From IMG/VR virus record IMGVR_UViG_3300009419_000015: a stretch of DNA of 64,000 bases; one strand, 5' to 3'. A program made the translations under genes and the position numbers. The notes under the pieces were generated by a model. It had not been told where the DNA came from, did not search any database, and saw nothing but the letters and a program-made list of their open reading frames with translations. The DNA comes from an uncultured virus (IMG/VR IMGVR_UViG_3300009419_000015). Lineage: Duplodnaviria; Heunggongvirae; Uroviricota; Caudoviricetes. Positions 61,116 to 64,000 of the stretch are shown piece by piece; positions within the stretch are counted from its first letter, which is position 1; every line of letters begins with the position of its first letter.

Positions 61116-62396
61116 ATGGAGAAAACATTAAATCATAACGATTTGGAATCGGAAATAATAGAATCATTTGAAGGCGGGGTAAACGTAATCGATGAAGCAA
61201 GAAGAGAGTGGTATGCTCTTAATGATTATACAAGAACAATGTATGATGCATTTAATGATACTGACGAGGGGAAGGATCTTCAAGCAATTGGGGTTGGTAT
61301 TTTTTCTAGAGGTTATAGAGCATTACTTCTTAATAGACAAGGAGGACCGATGGCGGATGTGGAAATTTGGGAGAATGAGGATGGCAAATTCTGTTACGAG
61401 TATCTTTCTAGTAAGGCCGGTGTTGAAAGATACAATCTTTCCAAATTTGATACGCCAGAAAAATGTCTAAGAGCTCTTCTATTAAGAATCATTAGAAATA
61501 ATATACCTGCAGCTATCATCCCTAAAAAGGATATACCAAATCTTAACTTCAACGAACTAGTTCCTGTTGGTGCTAATCTTACTTACCCTGAGATAATGAC
61601 CAGAATGAAAGAAACTATAGGTGGTCAGGAATTATCGGATCTTGATGTTAAATCGATCGAAAATCTACCAACTATGGAGAACCTTATGGAACTTGGCCTT
61701 GTAGGAAAGGGACTAAGAGGCGATAGTACAATTATCAGTAAAGTTGATAAGATATCTCCTAAATATAGATTTTATTCAAGAGCAACCCAAAGAGTAGGTG
61801 AAATATACGGTGAAACTATAGCAAAAATACTGGAGGTAAAAAAGGATGAACTATCCGGTAATATAGTTGGAACATCTTATGAAGTATGGAGAGTAAATAA
61901 TTCCAACCGAATGCCAATTAATGCTGTTAATTTCAGAACAGGTGATAATTCAGTTAAATGTAACATACAGGACAATGAGATTTTCGGATCGGTTTTTATT
62001 GCAATATTCAAGAGAACATTCAAGAGAGTTAAAAGCAACAAGTACGAGAAAGAAAAATTATTAATCCCATCATATTCAGTAAGATCTAAGGGAGCGGAAA
62101 AAGTGGCTATAGCTGAGGAATTAAACATTCTTCTTGGCGAATATTTTACAGAAGCAGCAGAAACACTAGAAGCGAGTGTATTTATAGATCCGGGAGAGGA
62201 GAACACTCAAATTCATGATAATGCACTGGCACTTCTTCTTAAATTCCTTCTTAAAAAAGGATCAAGTGATTTAAAGTCAACAATAGCTGAAAATGAGGAT
62301 CTAAAAGACCTTGTTGATTTAACAACAAGATATGAAGACATGGACGAACTTACCAAAAGACTTATCCAAGTTTCTAGAGCTCTTAGATACTATTAA
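61116..62396 (+). CDS. Hypothetical protein
   Basis: 426-aa ORF; GATATATA at 61104. Confidence 0.7.
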   Translation: MEKTLNHNDLESEIIESFEGGVNVIDEARREWYALNDYTRTMYDAFNDTDEGKDLQAIGVGIFSRGYRALLLNRQGGPMADVEIWENEDGKFCYEYLSSKAGVERYNLSKFDTPEKCLRALLLRIIRNNIPAAIIPKKDIPNLNFNELVPVGANLTYPEIMTRMKETIGGQELSDLDVKSIENLPTMENLMELGLVGKGLRGDSTIISKVDKISPKYRFYSRATQRVGEIYGETIAKILEVKKDELSGNIVGTSYEVWRVNNSNRMPINAVNFRTGDNSVKCNIQDNEIFGSVFIAIFKRTFKRVKSNKYEKEKLLIPSYSVRSKGAEKVAIAEELNILLGEYFTEAAETLEASVFIDPGEENTQIHDNALALLLKFLLKKGSSDLKSTIAENEDLKDLVDLTTRYEDMDELTKRLIQVSRALRYY

Positions 62397-62407
62397 TACT
62401 AAATATC

Positions 62408-62650
62408 ATGGATATACTAGAAAGGAAAAGACAGGATGTTTGCTCAGGTTGCGGAAAGGCCATAGCAGATCCAGAAAAGGAATGCTCCCACTGTGGAGCA
62501 TTTCCACATAAAGCATATCACGAAAGAGCAGCTGCAAAAACTCTAGGTATTGCTAAATTCATACAGAATTCTCCAGCAATGCAGCCAAATCAAAAGCTTA
62601 GCGAGGACAGCAATAAATTACAGAATATTATATCATTTGACGATTTCTAA
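62408..62650 (+). CDS. Zinc-ribbon protein with C-terminal IISFDDF
   Basis: CSGC...CSHCG. Confidence 0.65.
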   Translation: MDILERKRQDVCSGCGKAIADPEKECSHCGAFPHKAYHERAAAKTLGIAKFIQNSPAMQPNQKLSEDSNKLQNIISFDDF

Positions 62651-62679
62651 AAATTCCGGTCTGGTCCGGAATTTTTTTT
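62649..62679 (+). terminator. Intrinsic terminator
   Basis: AAAAATTCCGG-loop-CCGGAATTTTTTT. Confidence 0.75.
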
Positions 62680-62700
62680 AATATACATCTAAAAATATTA

Positions 62701-63570
62701 ATGATAATACTAAAAGCAACATACGGAGATCGGGACATAACGGAAATAATAAAATCCAGGGTTAATAATGGAAAACTTGTTATAAGATCGAATAATGATA
62801 TTTGTGGTGATCCCAAACCAGGGGTTCTAAAAACATTGGATATAGAATGGCTAGAAAATAACAATTTATACAGCCAATCATGGAATGAGGGGACATCTTG
62901 TTCTATACCTAAATCAGTAAATAGAAAATTAGGGATATTTTATTCAAATAACAAAGATAAACAGACTTATCCAACAATAAAAAAATCACTAGAAAGGATA
63001 AAGATAGCATCCGAGGGTGTTGCTGACGTTTTTACGTGCCTATGGGAGAGGATTGGTGATAATCCATTTCCTGAATCACCTAGTTGGTATAAGGTTTCTT
63101 CGCATTTAACACAGACCATTCAAATATTGCAAACCCTATACACTGCAAGATCAGCAGGAGAATATGATTATGTTAGCTTTCTTGAACATGACTGCCTGTA
63201 TTCGGAGGGATGCTTCGATTATCCTGATTTCGAAAAGGGACAAATGCTATGCAATATGAATTATATTGGGTTATGTAAAGATGGATGGCAGGAAAGAAAT
63301 CAAGACGATAAGCCGCTATCACAAATTACGATGAGATTCGAAGAAGCAATATCACATTTTGAATCAATATTACCAAATGCAATATTAACAAATAGCGGAT
63401 TAGTTGAACCCCAAAGGGAGATACTTGAATGGAGATCAAAAAATCCATCGGTTCATGTTAATCATGGTTACCACTTCACCTCTCATTTCTCGATATACAG
63501 CAAGGATAGAATACATCAATCTGATCCATATTGGGGTGATCATAAAAATTACTCAGATTTATTTTTTTAA
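62701..63570 (+). CDS. Lectin-like/DUF3395-like N-domain plus glycosyltransferase-like domain
   Basis: ATYG..DIT...GDPKPG..K.L; VSFLEHDCLY, HVNHG. Confidence 0.5.
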   Translation: MIILKATYGDRDITEIIKSRVNNGKLVIRSNNDICGDPKPGVLKTLDIEWLENNNLYSQSWNEGTSCSIPKSVNRKLGIFYSNNKDKQTYPTIKKSLERIKIASEGVADVFTCLWERIGDNPFPESPSWYKVSSHLTQTIQILQTLYTARSAGEYDYVSFLEHDCLYSEGCFDYPDFEKGQMLCNMNYIGLCKDGWQERNQDDKPLSQITMRFEEAISHFESILPNAILTNSGLVEPQREILEWRSKNPSVHVNHGYHFTSHFSIYSKDRIHQSDPYWGDHKNYSDLFF

Positions 63571-63592
63571 TTCATAACATAAAAACTAAACA

Positions 63593-63796
63593 ATGTCAAC
63601 GGAATTAGTAATAAGATTAGAATCGAAGGATGATTTTAAAAAGTGTAGGGAAGAATATAAGGATAGAAGTGGCGCATGCTGGGAAATGCATATGTGGGAT
63701 TTTTTTAGATCTAAGACCTGCTATATTCCTACCCGAGATTGTTTCATAAGTTTGGATAAAGCTATTGAATTAAAAATTCTAAATATAAAAAAATAA
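63593..63796 (+). CDS. Hypothetical protein
   Basis: ORF. Confidence 0.45.
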   Translation: MSTELVIRLESKDDFKKCREEYKDRSGACWEMHMWDFFRSKTCYIPTRDCFISLDKAIELKILNIKK

Positions 63797-63881
63797 AAAG
63801 TATTAATTTATTTTTTTATCCCGAAACTATTACATAGATTTGTAAAAATTTATTATTTATAAATCTATAAAATATTTAACA

Positions 63882-64000
63882 ATGCCTAAACATAATTGTT
63901 ATGATTGCTTGCATAGGGAAAAGATAGTCGGTGATGCTCATTCCAGATGTAATTACCCAAAATCCATTGAAGACCTACCTAAAAATACAGTAAGCCTAGA
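63882..64000 (+). CDS. Partial Cys/His-containing protein, truncated by the window end
   Basis: MPKHNCYDCLHRE..GDAHSRC; class I promoter at 63811-63842. Confidence 0.5.
   Translation, partial: MPKHNCYDCLHREKIVGDAHSRCNYPKSIEDLPKNTVSL

Overview
This 64 kb AT-rich window is gene-dense and mostly on the + strand. It reads as part of a very large tailed-phage genome (jumbo/mega phage) with T4-like replication genes. The host is most likely Bacteroidota, based on TAnnTTTG promoters, A-rich starts without Shine-Dalgarno sequences, Hc1-like and DUF4494-like genes, and a tmRNA tag that resumes at Gly. Replication genes include a family-B DNA polymerase split into two genes 14.5 kb apart, a probable sliding clamp and a two-gene type II topoisomerase. 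Nucleotide metabolism genes include NrdA/NrdB, a T4 gp56-like dCTPase/dUTPase, Adk, a GMP reductase/IMPDH-family enzyme and two thymidylate-synthase-family genes: one looks cytosine-specific, and the canonical thyA carries an in-frame TGA. Repair genes are UvsE, an MBD4-like glycosylase and RNase HII. Proteostasis and translation functions are tmRNA, DnaJ, Hsp20 and a RimK-protease fusion. There are also cell-wall hydrolases and many hypothetical proteins. Less obvious structure read from the sequence: (i) three promoter classes with fixed spacing; (ii) a shared N-terminal motif resembling the T4 capsid-targeting sequence on about 15 proteins, including enzymes; (iii) a gene whose predicted transcript 5' and 3' ends can pair across about 1 kb and which has a structured leader; (iv) a candidate cytosine-modification plus deamination-repair system. 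All family assignments come from motif recognition by eye; no searches were run.
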